From a virus, in IMG/VR virus record IMGVR_UViG_3300027749_000096, positions 8,006 through 72,005 of that record: a stretch of 64,000 bases of DNA; one strand, 5' to 3'. The notes under the pieces are model-generated. The model was not told where the DNA came from. It ran no database searches and was given only the letters and a program-made list of their open reading frames with translations. The translations under genes and the position numbers were made by a program. Positions 28,565 through 37,270 of the stretch are shown here, piece by piece (the first letter of the stretch is position 1; every line of letters begins with the position of its first letter).

Positions 28565-28565
28565 G

Positions 28566-28654
28566 GGATACCAGGCAAAAATGAGCTCTAAGTAATACCA
28601 TTATATTATATATATATTTATGGTAATACTAGGGGCTCAAATTTGCCTGGTACC
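28566..28654. repeat. long imperfect inverted repeat (hairpin)
   Basis: TACCAGGCAAA..TGAGCTCTA..GTAATACCAT / ATGGTAATAC TAGGGGCTCA..TTTGCCTGGTA. Confidence 0.75.
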
Positions 28655-28701
28655 AAAACAGTAAAAAATCACATTAACAAACACAAATTAAATTTATTAT
28701 T

Positions 28702-28959
28702 ATGATGGAATTAGTAGCTATGTTAGCTAAAACAATGTCTTATGATCAAATTGTAGAAAAAATACAAATTGATATTGATGAGTATAAAGAAGCTAAACTT
28801 CTTGGTAAAGACTTAGAGAAAAGTCAAGATCTTTTAAAATTCACTTGTTATCTATTAATACTAAACACTATGGAAGGTGAAGCTAAAGATATTATTAAAG
28901 ATATGGATAGAGTGAAGACACGTATGAGCATGTTTGAAGAAGGGACCAACAAGAACTAA
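28702..28959 (+). CDS. hypothetical protein
   Basis: ORF. Confidence 0.55.
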   Translation: MMELVAMLAKTMSYDQIVEKIQIDIDEYKEAKLLGKDLEKSQDLLKFTCYLLILNTMEGEAKDIIKDMDRVKTRMSMFEEGTNKN

Positions 28960-28985
28960 TTTTATAACATTAAATATTTATAGAA

Positions 28986-30125
28986 ATGGAAATAATCCAA
29001 ATACTTAATTTTTCAGAAGGATATACACAGTTTATGTCTATGGAAAGTGGTGTAGCTAAAAACATACAATTCTATAAGAATATATGTCATGCTACATTTA
29101 GTGAAGCTAACATTTTAAAAAAAGATGGATGTATTCATTATTCTTATAGCACTGTTAAAATACAAAAAACAAAGGATAGTTATTACATTAAACGTGTTGG
29201 TAAAGATGGTTTCACTATTGATGAAAAAGGTAAATTAAAAATATGGTTTAACAAGAGTGTATTCCAAATACCTTTAATTCAAGAAATATTCAAATATTTT
29301 AGATTTAATTGGTTAAATCCGTGTGTTATTCCTTATATTACTAAAACTATTCTTGAAAAAATGTTTGCTGGTAAAATAACTAATAATTTAGATGTTGTTA
29401 AACAATATCTTAAACTTATGAAAATTAAAGCCAGCCCTGCATTATTTTATAAACTGATCAATTTTAATTATTTTAGTAAACAAAATATATTACAACATAT
29501 TTCTGTTGCTGAAAATGTTGATAATTTTATAAAATATGCTCTTTTTATGAGTAGTAAAAAGTATCCAGTTAGAATACCTGAAGAAGTAAAAGAAAAAGAA
29601 AGTATTATATCAGATATGATAAAGGAAGCACAGATTTTAAATAAAAAGATTAATTATAACTGGTCATTATTAAGACTGAAAACAGAACATAGTAAATGGA
29701 CTAAGGAAATAATGAAAGCAGAAATGGATCTTTTAGAAGATGTGTCTGTACCAAATGCTGATATCATTGATAAATATACACCTGCAGAATTTAAACTTTT
29801 AAAAACACAGAAAGAAGTTTTTGTTGAAGGTACTATAATGAATCATTGTTTGTATACAGCATATTGGCATAGTATTAAAACTGGTAGATATTTAGCTTAT
29901 CATGTAAAATATAATAATGAAGAATGTACTCTTGGTTTAACTTTAAATGTTAATAATGATAAACTAGATGTTACATATCAACAATGTTATTTAGCACATA
30001 ATAAACTAATTACACCAACTATGAAGAACTTTACAACTAGTTTTGTTGAGGATTTAAACCAAAAAATTAAGACAGAAAAAATTATTATTAATCAACCTGA
30101 AACATCTGAAATGTCATGGGTATAA
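28986..30125 (+). CDS. PcfJ-like domain protein
   Basis: C-terminal L-x-T-x-KE-x3-EG-x2-MNHC-x3-Y...CTL...Q-x5-N. Confidence 0.65.
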   Translation: MEIIQILNFSEGYTQFMSMESGVAKNIQFYKNICHATFSEANILKKDGCIHYSYSTVKIQKTKDSYYIKRVGKDGFTIDEKGKLKIWFNKSVFQIPLIQEIFKYFRFNWLNPCVIPYITKTILEKMFAGKITNNLDVVKQYLKLMKIKASPALFYKLINFNYFSKQNILQHISVAENVDNFIKYALFMSSKKYPVRIPEEVKEKESIISDMIKEAQILNKKINYNWSLLRLKTEHSKWTKEIMKAEMDLLEDVSVPNADIIDKYTPAEFKLLKTQKEVFVEGTIMNHCLYTAYWHSIKTGRYLAYHVKYNNEECTLGLTLNVNNDKLDVTYQQCYLAHNKLITPTMKNFTTSFVEDLNQKIKTEKIIINQPETSEMSWV

Positions 30126-30139
30126 CAAAAAATTTATTT

Positions 30140-30277
30140 ATGGAAGAAAGAGAATTTCCCCCACATATAGAAGAACAAAATGATGGGAAAAAACTATGGA
30201 TTATAGAAGACTATAGAATTTGGGCATTTAGTTATGAACAAGCTCTTGAACTTCTATCTCTTATTAAATCATTTTAA
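30140..30277 (+). CDS. 45-aa hypothetical protein
   Basis: Hand-translated, packed in operon. Confidence 0.5.
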   Translation: MEEREFPPHIEEQNDGKKLWIIEDYRIWAFSYEQALELLSLIKSF

Positions 30278-30279
30278 AA

Positions 30280-30459
30280 ATGAAAACAATGAATTACATT
30301 AAAGAATTATTTTTTGGTGTAAGGGCTCAGGGACAACGTGTTTCTGAGCCTATGTTACCAAAAGAAAGACCTATGAATGATAAAGATTTTAATCAATGGT
30401 CTAAAAAGTTTAACGTTGGTGCAAGGTATGGACACAGAGGCTCATTTTATAACAATTAA
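30280..30459 (+). CDS. 59-aa hypothetical protein
   Basis: Hand-translated, packed in operon. Confidence 0.5.
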   Translation: MKTMNYIKELFFGVRAQGQRVSEPMLPKERPMNDKDFNQWSKKFNVGARYGHRGSFYNN

Positions 30460-30464
30460 TCAAT

Positions 30465-31031
30465 ATGAACAAAAGAAAAATAGACTATTCTAAGTCTTAT
30501 AAAAAAAAAATTGTTCAACAAATAGTATTTGATAGTTTTAAAGAAAGAGGATTTACACAATTAATTGGACTAGCAGGTCCAAATATTACAGACTATCTTT
30601 CTTTTGTTAAATCTAAAGGAATAAAACAAGCAGAAGTGTATGAAAGAGATTATATTAATCTCATCTACCAAATGCAAGATTTTAAACCACCAATCAAAAC
30701 CACTGTTAAATATCAAGATATATTACATGCTGATATAAAAGAAAATGTAATATATGATCTTGATTTTTGTTGCACTATTACAAATGCAGAAGAGCATATA
30801 AAAAAGTTTAAAAAGAATGCTATTTTTACATTAGCCTTAAGAGGTATAGGATTAGTGCCTACATTGGAAAAATTTTGTGAATTAGTAAGCAAAATTAAAT
30901 CTAATATACATTTAAATGTACATCAGACACCTAATTTCAAAATGCATTTAATGTATTTTGAAAAAACATCATACACTGTGTATCATTATTGTGATACTAG
31001 TGCAATGATTGTTATCAAACCAAATTTTTAA
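30465..31031 (+). CDS. possible class I SAM-methyltransferase-like protein
   Basis: LIGLAG, VYERD, YQDI, YDLDFC loosely resemble motifs I-IV. Confidence 0.35.
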   Translation: MNKRKIDYSKSYKKKIVQQIVFDSFKERGFTQLIGLAGPNITDYLSFVKSKGIKQAEVYERDYINLIYQMQDFKPPIKTTVKYQDILHADIKENVIYDLDFCCTITNAEEHIKKFKKNAIFTLALRGIGLVPTLEKFCELVSKIKSNIHLNVHQTPNFKMHLMYFEKTSYTVYHYCDTSAMIVIKPNF

Positions 31032-31055
31032 AAAATCAATTTAAATTAAAAAAAC

Positions 31056-31403
31056 ATGAGAAAAACAGTAAAATTTTATTCAGAACAAGAATCAGAACAA
31101 GTTAGAGAATTTGCAATGACAGGATTACCAGTTAAAGGACTAATTGAAGATTTTTGTAGAATAAGTGATAGATCTTTTCATTCAGTGGCATGTAGAATCT
31201 ATGAGATAAGAAATAGACTTAATATTCCTAGAAATATTAAAACAGGAAAAACAATAAAAGATGTTAAAACTTCCAAAGCTGAATTAACACCTGTAAAAGA
31301 TCAAAGTAAAGTGAACATAGGCATAGGAGAATTTAATATCCCAATTAAAAGTTGGGGAATTACTCAACATAAAGACGGATTTTATTTTAATGTAAAGTTC
31401 TAA
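31056..31403 (+). CDS. hypothetical protein (Myb/HTH-like N-terminus)
   Basis: YSEQE...RSFHSVACR. Confidence 0.45.
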   Translation: MRKTVKFYSEQESEQVREFAMTGLPVKGLIEDFCRISDRSFHSVACRIYEIRNRLNIPRNIKTGKTIKDVKTSKAELTPVKDQSKVNIGIGEFNIPIKSWGITQHKDGFYFNVKF

Positions 31404-31405
31404 TA

Positions 31406-31681
31406 ATGAATCCAAGACTTAAAAATGGATATGGAATGGTCTCTAGCTCTGTAGTTAGAGACCCTTCTATTTCATTAAGAGATAAGGGTCTTTATGCTTA
31501 TTTAGCTAGTTATGCTGATACAGATAATACACTTACAGTTAGTGTAAACAAAGCAGCCTCTGAATGTAATGTAGATGTTTCTACAATAAGAAGGATTATA
31601 AGCCAGCTTAAAAAAGATGGTGTTATAATTAGAGAATCTAGAAAGACTGGAGAGTCTTATAAAACAATTTTAAATAAATAA
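31406..31681 (+). CDS. winged HTH protein (HTH_36-like)
   Basis: RDPSISLRDKGLYAYL...TIRRIISQLKKDGVI. Confidence 0.7.
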   Translation: MNPRLKNGYGMVSSSVVRDPSISLRDKGLYAYLASYADTDNTLTVSVNKAASECNVDVSTIRRIISQLKKDGVIIRESRKTGESYKTILNK

Positions 31682-31709
31682 ATTAAAAAACAAAACAAAA
31701 AAACAAGTT

Positions 31710-32276
31710 ATGGACTTAAAACAAACAAACAATTTAGACCTATCTATTAATAAAGATGATTTAATAGATATAATGATTGATAACAAGCTTACAGAGCTTG
31801 AAGCAGAACTTAATGTGGTTACAAATAAGAAAGAATCTTTAGATAAAGTAATTTCAAATAATCATAATGAAGTGGGTGAAAAACATACTAAGTATTTGTT
31901 AAAGAAATATTTACCAAAAACTATTGTTACAGATGAAGTTCCTGTTGTTAATGCTACTTATTATTCTAATGCTACATTAAAATTTAAATACTCAGAGTAT
32001 GATGTTGTAATAAATAATTGTGATTGTAGAGATTTATCAGCTTTTAGTAAAACTAAAGAAAAAGAAAATGAGAAGTTAAGAGAACAAATTAAAGAATTGA
32101 ATACTAAAATTGCAGAAATTAATCTTGAAATAACTAATATTCAAAAATCTCCTAAACGTTTAAAAGCTCAAATGCTTAAAAACTTCTTAGGAACTTCTAA
32201 AGATGGACAACAAGTGTTGGAATTAATTAATTCAAAAACTAAAATTACTGCTAAATCATTATTAGCTGGTAACTAG
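31710..32276 (+). CDS. coiled-coil hypothetical protein
   Basis: ORF. Confidence 0.55.
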   Translation: MDLKQTNNLDLSINKDDLIDIMIDNKLTELEAELNVVTNKKESLDKVISNNHNEVGEKHTKYLLKKYLPKTIVTDEVPVVNATYYSNATLKFKYSEYDVVINNCDCRDLSAFSKTKEKENEKLREQIKELNTKIAEINLEITNIQKSPKRLKAQMLKNFLGTSKDGQQVLELINSKTKITAKSLLAGN

Positions 32277-32284
32277 TAACATAA

Positions 32285-32452
32285 TTACACGATTTAGGGA
32301 GCCGTTTTAGTATAAACTAGAATCTTGGAGTCAAGCAATGAACAATAGTAAAAGTATATAGCCTGCAAAACTGTTGTGTATGTTTTTTATTAAGTAATCA
32401 AGAAGACTTTAGCAGAATTATGACACAGAAAAAACGTCCCCTAAATGTGTAA
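32285..32452 (+). ncRNA. candidate intergenic structured RNA
   Basis: Long-range stem TTACAC.ATTTAGGG..CGTTTT / AAAACG..CCCTAAATGTGTAA. Confidence 0.4.
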
Positions 32453-32485
32453 ATAATTAAAATAATAATTAAAAAACTAAAAAAC

Positions 32486-32821
32486 ATGAGAAAATTCAGA
32501 GTTTATGACACTTTTAATGATGGTGGTGAAACACATGATTATGATGTAACTATTGAAGACACTGATAAAGGTGATAAATACACTTTATTTAGAAGTAATG
32601 GTGGTAATTGGGCTGATGATTGTAAAGGAGAAGAAATGTTTTCTTTATTAGATACAGGTAATGGAGTTATATTTCCTAAAAATATTTATTCTAAAGACGT
32701 AGATTATCATACTTTAGCTGAGTTGTTTGTTCTGTTATCAGTTATAAACAAAACAGATCCTTTTCCTATATATGGAGGCAGGGTAGAAGAAGTTATTGAA
32801 TCAACTAATTTTAATATATAA
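32486..32821 (+). CDS. hypothetical protein
   Basis: ORF. Confidence 0.6.
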   Translation: MRKFRVYDTFNDGGETHDYDVTIEDTDKGDKYTLFRSNGGNWADDCKGEEMFSLLDTGNGVIFPKNIYSKDVDYHTLAELFVLLSVINKTDPFPIYGGRVEEVIESTNFNI

Positions 32822-32823
32822 CA

Positions 32824-33150
32824 ATGGATGCATTTTCATTAGCTAAAGGACTCCACAATATTAATATGGCTCTTATGTATTTTAAAATTGTGAAAATAGA
32901 TTGTGAAGGACAGGTTAAAAATAGCTTTAATGGATATATAAACAAATGTGAATATATCATTAATGATGTTAAATCTAGTTTAGGAAAAGAAATACGTGAT
33001 GTATTTAATGAAGAATTAAGAGATTCTTTAGAGATATTTGATATTAATGATAAAATATTACATTTAAACTCTGATCAAAGAGTATTGATTGATAATATTT
33101 TAGATGACATTATCAAAGGAAAAGATGTAAAAATTATTGTAGAAGATTAA
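32824..33150 (+). CDS. hypothetical protein
   Basis: ORF. Confidence 0.6.
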   Translation: MDAFSLAKGLHNINMALMYFKIVKIDCEGQVKNSFNGYINKCEYIINDVKSSLGKEIRDVFNEELRDSLEIFDINDKILHLNSDQRVLIDNILDDIIKGKDVKIIVED

Positions 33151-33160
33151 AATAAAAAAA

Positions 33161-33727
33161 ATGACTAAAGAACAAATTAAAATGGTAAGGGAAGACTATT
33201 TAAGTTTTATAACAGGAACTGTACAAGAACATGGAGAAATAGGAGCAGCAATTGCTGTATTTGCTGATGTTATTGATAGTAAGGATGATAAGCCAGCTCT
33301 TATAGAAATTCCTATACCTAGTGAGTTTTTAAAAGATGATAGCACTAAAGAACATTTTGTTGAGAGAGTTCTTCCTGATCTCATCAAGGAATTTAAAAAA
33401 CGTTTTGTAGCTCATTCTGTACTTTGGACTTGTGAAGCTTGGTTAAGAACAGCTCCAAAAGAAGAAATAGATAGTATAGAAAACTATAAAGATATTCCTA
33501 TTAAGACTGAAGCTATTGTAATAATTATTGATTCTAAAGATGAAACAGAAGCTGTAATTTATGAAATAGTACGTCCTGCTTTATCTGTTTCTGATACTGG
33601 GGAGTTAGTAGAAAAAGAACAAAAGAACAAAGTTGAGTTAGTAGAAATGCCAGAATTATGTAGTGTTTTTAAAGACGAAGGTTTTTCTGGTAGATTTTCA
33701 AACCTTTATAAAAAGTTTACTGATTAA
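33161..33727 (+). CDS. hypothetical protein (EAW motif)
   Basis: ORF. Confidence 0.6.
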   Translation: MTKEQIKMVREDYLSFITGTVQEHGEIGAAIAVFADVIDSKDDKPALIEIPIPSEFLKDDSTKEHFVERVLPDLIKEFKKRFVAHSVLWTCEAWLRTAPKEEIDSIENYKDIPIKTEAIVIIIDSKDETEAVIYEIVRPALSVSDTGELVEKEQKNKVELVEMPELCSVFKDEGFSGRFSNLYKKFTD

Positions 33728-33897
33728 TGAATTTAAAACATCTGTTTGGTCCTTACATAAAAAACTTAGAAAAAGAATGTGATGACTTGAAAAAAGAAGT
33801 TAGTGATATTAGAATGAAGCTTGCAGAAAAACAAGAACATATTAACACCACTAATAAATATTATAAAAAGAAGATAAAAGAACTAACTAAAAATTAG
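33727..33897 (+). CDS. 56-aa coiled-coil protein
   Basis: Hand-translated, TAATG overlap. Confidence 0.45.
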   Translation: MNLKHLFGPYIKNLEKECDDLKKEVSDIRMKLAEKQEHINTTNKYYKKKIKELTKN

Positions 33898-33915
33898 TTA
33901 TAGCTCTATAATCCA
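33898..33915 (+). promoter_or_regulatory. 18-bp palindromic site, copy 2
   Basis: TTATAGCTCTATAATCCA identical to minus-strand 13114-13131. Confidence 0.5.
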
Positions 33916-33983
33916 TGGAATATGTTGGTTTTGAATTTTATATAAATTTTTTTTATTATTTTTATTAGATAAAATTAGATAAA

Positions 33984-34235
33984 ATGCATTACCAACTTCC
34001 TAATGGACGAGTGATAGAAATGAGTACTGAACAATATTTTGAAATGTCTGATGAAGAATTAGAATACTTAATAGCCTTTAATTATGGGGATTTAATAGAA
34101 AACCCCTGGCACGGTTCTATATTGAACAAGATAGATTTAACAGAAGATGATGTTAAAATATTCAAAGAACTCACAGATATACCTGATTTGGAAAAACTTT
34201 CAGATTTAGATATAGACTTTGAAGTTGATGATTAA
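33984..34235 (+). CDS. acidic hypothetical protein
   Basis: ORF. Confidence 0.6.
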   Translation: MHYQLPNGRVIEMSTEQYFEMSDEELEYLIAFNYGDLIENPWHGSILNKIDLTEDDVKIFKELTDIPDLEKLSDLDIDFEVDD

Positions 34236-34253
34236 CATAAAAAACAAAAAAAC

Positions 34254-34724
34254 ATGAGTAAAGTTACAGTTGTAGCAGACAAAAACGGAAATGTAATTGG
34301 TATTTCCCAAAATAACCCTGATTATGGTTATATGAGAGTAGAACAACAAGCTATTCAGATTAATAATGAAGGCTGGTTGAGAAATGTAAAAAGATCTGCC
34401 CTAATAAAAGGTAGAACAGAAGATCTTTTAAGTACAGGATATGTTGAAGGAACAACTCTTCCTGGTAAAATTGTAGTGGTGGAATCATTAATTCCATTTA
34501 ACACTGAAAATCCTGATAGAGATTTAAAAATAGCTGGTGATACAGGTATTATATGTCGTGTAGATGATCAACCTATTTATAGACAATCATTCTATACATC
34601 AAATCCTAATGCTGTAGATGAGTTATTAACTCATGATAATAGCACTGAAATCAAAGAAGTTTTAGCTGCACAGAAAGCAATGAGTTCTATGATGGGTAGT
34701 AAACAAGGAGAACCAGTTTTATAG
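34254..34724 (+). CDS. hypothetical protein
   Basis: ORF followed by terminator. Confidence 0.65.
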   Translation: MSKVTVVADKNGNVIGISQNNPDYGYMRVEQQAIQINNEGWLRNVKRSALIKGRTEDLLSTGYVEGTTLPGKIVVVESLIPFNTENPDRDLKIAGDTGIICRVDDQPIYRQSFYTSNPNAVDELLTHDNSTEIKEVLAAQKAMSSMMGSKQGEPVL

Positions 34725-34744
34725 AACAACAATTATAGAAATGT

Positions 34745-34775
34745 AAAGGGAGTCTAATAAAGGCTCCCTTTTTTT
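34745..34775 (+). terminator. intrinsic terminator
   Basis: AAAGGGAGTC/GGCTCCCTTT + T tract. Confidence 0.75.
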
Positions 34776-34801
34776 ATATTCACAATTAAATAAATTTTAA
34801 A

Positions 34802-35329
34802 ATGACAAAATTTAATGAACAGAAATCAATTTCTGCTAACTCCAATGGTATAATAGTATCTTATGGAGAAAACAACAAACACCAATTTATGAGGTATGAC
34901 TTCATAAAAAAGATTCAACAAGAAGGTACTGTTAAGTATCAAAAGATTGAGGAAAATGTTTTAAAACTATCTCTAAAACAACAAGACATTTATTCTAAAG
35001 TTGTTTATGGTTTCACTGCATATTCTATACATGAAATTAATGTAATGACTGAAGAACAGAAAAGAAATGTTAAAATAACATTTACTAAAGCTCAGAGAAT
35101 ACTACGTAATTGGAAACAAGACATCACTTTTACAAACGTAGATAATTTTCTATTAGCATTATTTCCTAATAGTAAAATAGTAAAACACCTAACTAATGTT
35201 AAAGGACATTTAGATGAACTAGAAGATGATACATTTAGTTTTAAAGAACTGGGGCTTAAAAAGATTGACATTATTAATAAACTTTTAGAAGTTGGTTTAT
35301 TACCAAAAAACTTTTATCAATTAAGATAA
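34802..35329 (+). CDS. hypothetical protein
   Basis: ORF. Confidence 0.6.
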   Translation: MTKFNEQKSISANSNGIIVSYGENNKHQFMRYDFIKKIQQEGTVKYQKIEENVLKLSLKQQDIYSKVVYGFTAYSIHEINVMTEEQKRNVKITFTKAQRILRNWKQDITFTNVDNFLLALFPNSKIVKHLTNVKGHLDELEDDTFSFKELGLKKIDIINKLLEVGLLPKNFYQLR

Positions 35330-35350
35330 TAATATTATTTTTACAGCCTT

Positions 35351-35752
35351 ATGGGAATACAAGCTAAATTGAAAATATGTACAGGATGTGAAGAACCTAG
35401 TTACATATACAAGTCTGAAGGTAAGAATGGGAAGTATTGCAAAAGTTGTTGGTTTAAAAAAGAAAAGCCTAAAGCTATTGCTCCTGTTTCTAAAAAGAAA
35501 AAGGAAGAAATGGATATTTATTCTAAACTTAGAACAGCTTTTTTTGTTATTCACCCATATTGTGAAGTAAAACTTCCTGGTTGTACAGGAGAAGCTACAG
35601 ATGTACATCATAAAGCTGGTAGAATAGGTGAATACTATTTAAAAACTTCTGAATGGTTAGCTGTTTGTAGGACTTGTCATAAATTTATAGAAGAAAATCC
35701 TATTATTGCAAAAGAATTAAATTTTTCAAAAAATAGATTAGGAAATATGTAG
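35351..35752 (+). CDS. Zn-finger/HNH-like nuclease protein
   Basis: CxxC...CxxC then CE...C...DVHH..GR...WLAVCRTCH. Confidence 0.65.
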   Translation: MGIQAKLKICTGCEEPSYIYKSEGKNGKYCKSCWFKKEKPKAIAPVSKKKKEEMDIYSKLRTAFFVIHPYCEVKLPGCTGEATDVHHKAGRIGEYYLKTSEWLAVCRTCHKFIEENPIIAKELNFSKNRLGNM

Positions 35753-35787
35753 ATAATGTCATATATTGTATATATAACATATCAATT

Positions 35788-36534
35788 ATGACACTATCTA
35801 CATATACTACTGAAAATATTGAATCTTTAAAAAAAACAGGTGTTTATAAAATATACCACAATTTTTTTCCAGATAAAATATATATAGGTAGTGCTGCATC
35901 TACAAATTTTAGAAATGATAATAAAGGATTTTTAGGAAGATGGAAATCACATCTTTCACAATTAAAACTAAATAAGCATCATTCAAAGTATTTACAAAGA
36001 GTTGTAAATAAATATGGTATTGATAATCTTAAATTTGAAATTTTAGAAATATGTGACTTTTTAGAATGTTTAACTAAAGAACAATTTTATATTGATTTAT
36101 ATAATCCTGTATATAACAGTTGCAAAATTGCAAAAAGCTGTTTAGGAATAAAACGTCATAATTTATATAAAAATGTACATCAATATAATATGTTTGGAGT
36201 TTATATTAAATCTTATGATAATATTACAAATGCAGAAATTGAAACAAAAATAGATAGAGCATCTATATCAAAAGCTGCAAAAGGTACTAGACCTAGTGCT
36301 GGAGGTTTTATGTGGAGTTTTGATATTACAAAACCTCCTATACCGTTAAGAGTAATTGAACAATATAATTTAAATAATGAACTTATTAATAGATATACAT
36401 CTTTAGAAGAAGTAAAAAAGACATTAAACATTAAAAGTAGTACTGCTATAAGAAATTGTTTTATTGGTAAACAAAAACAAGCATATGGTTTTAAATGGAT
36501 TGATGTTATAAACAATTGGACATTTAGTTCATGA
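35788..36534 (+). mobile_element. free-standing GIY-YIG homing endonuclease with NUMOD1-type repeats
   Basis: GVYKI...YIGS, RW..H...L, EQFYID, YN; two VxQY...S...A.GF.W modules. Confidence 0.85.
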
Positions 36535-36609
36535 TGAACTATCTTCAGAAGAAGCTGTATCATTAGGACTTAAACTTATAGATAGTTAATTTTTTTTGTA
36601 TTAAATTGC

Positions 36610-36644
36610 GTCCCTGTATTTCTATACTGGGGACTTTTATTTTT
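36610..36644 (+). terminator. intrinsic terminator
   Basis: GTCCC.GTAT/ATAC.GGGGAC + T tract. Confidence 0.6.
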
Positions 36645-36771
36645 AACAACTAAATAAATCAAATATGAAGATTTGTAAATTTATAGACAAGATAGGGGAT
36701 TGGATTAATAACCATCCTTTTGAGATAATTTCAATAATTATAGTATTAATCATAATTTTAAAATAATTATT

Positions 36772-37080
36772 ATGTGTACAGCAATATGTATTAGTGATAA
36801 AAACCGTCCTAAAGAAATACCACAAAATAAATGGTTAAAAGAAGGACAGGAGTATGAGATTATATTTACAACATTATGTAAACCCCAAAATGAAGTGGGA
36901 GTGCATCTTGCTGAAATAGATTTAGATGAGTCTTGTGCACCCTATGAGTTTTTTTTATTAAACAGATTTGCTTTTACAGAAGAAAATTTAAAACTATTAC
37001 AAGAGCTAATAAAAAACTGCAATGACACTGATTTCTCAATTACAGAATTATTGGAACAAACTGTTCTCCAGGAGGTATAA
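36772..37080 (+). CDS. hypothetical protein
   Basis: ORF. Confidence 0.6.
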   Translation: MCTAICISDKNRPKEIPQNKWLKEGQEYEIIFTTLCKPQNEVGVHLAEIDLDESCAPYEFFLLNRFAFTEENLKLLQELIKNCNDTDFSITELLEQTVLQEV

Positions 37081-37270
37081 AGTAGGAGATAAAGTAGAAT
37101 TTATATACAAAGTAAATAATATTCCTAATAAAATGACAGGAGTTATTTATGAGATAAATGAAAGATCTATGTTTCCATATTGTATAAAACTTTGCAATTC
37201 TTTTAGTTATAATGGTTGGCAAGTTAGTTATATAAACATAGATAAAAAACACATATTATGCAAAACTTAA
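37022..37270 (+). CDS. small SH3/KOW-like protein
   Basis: YKVGDKV...GVI...PY. Confidence 0.4.
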   Translation: MTLISQLQNYWNKLFSRRYKVGDKVEFIYKVNNIPNKMTGVIYEINERSMFPYCIKLCNSFSYNGWQVSYINIDKKHILCKT

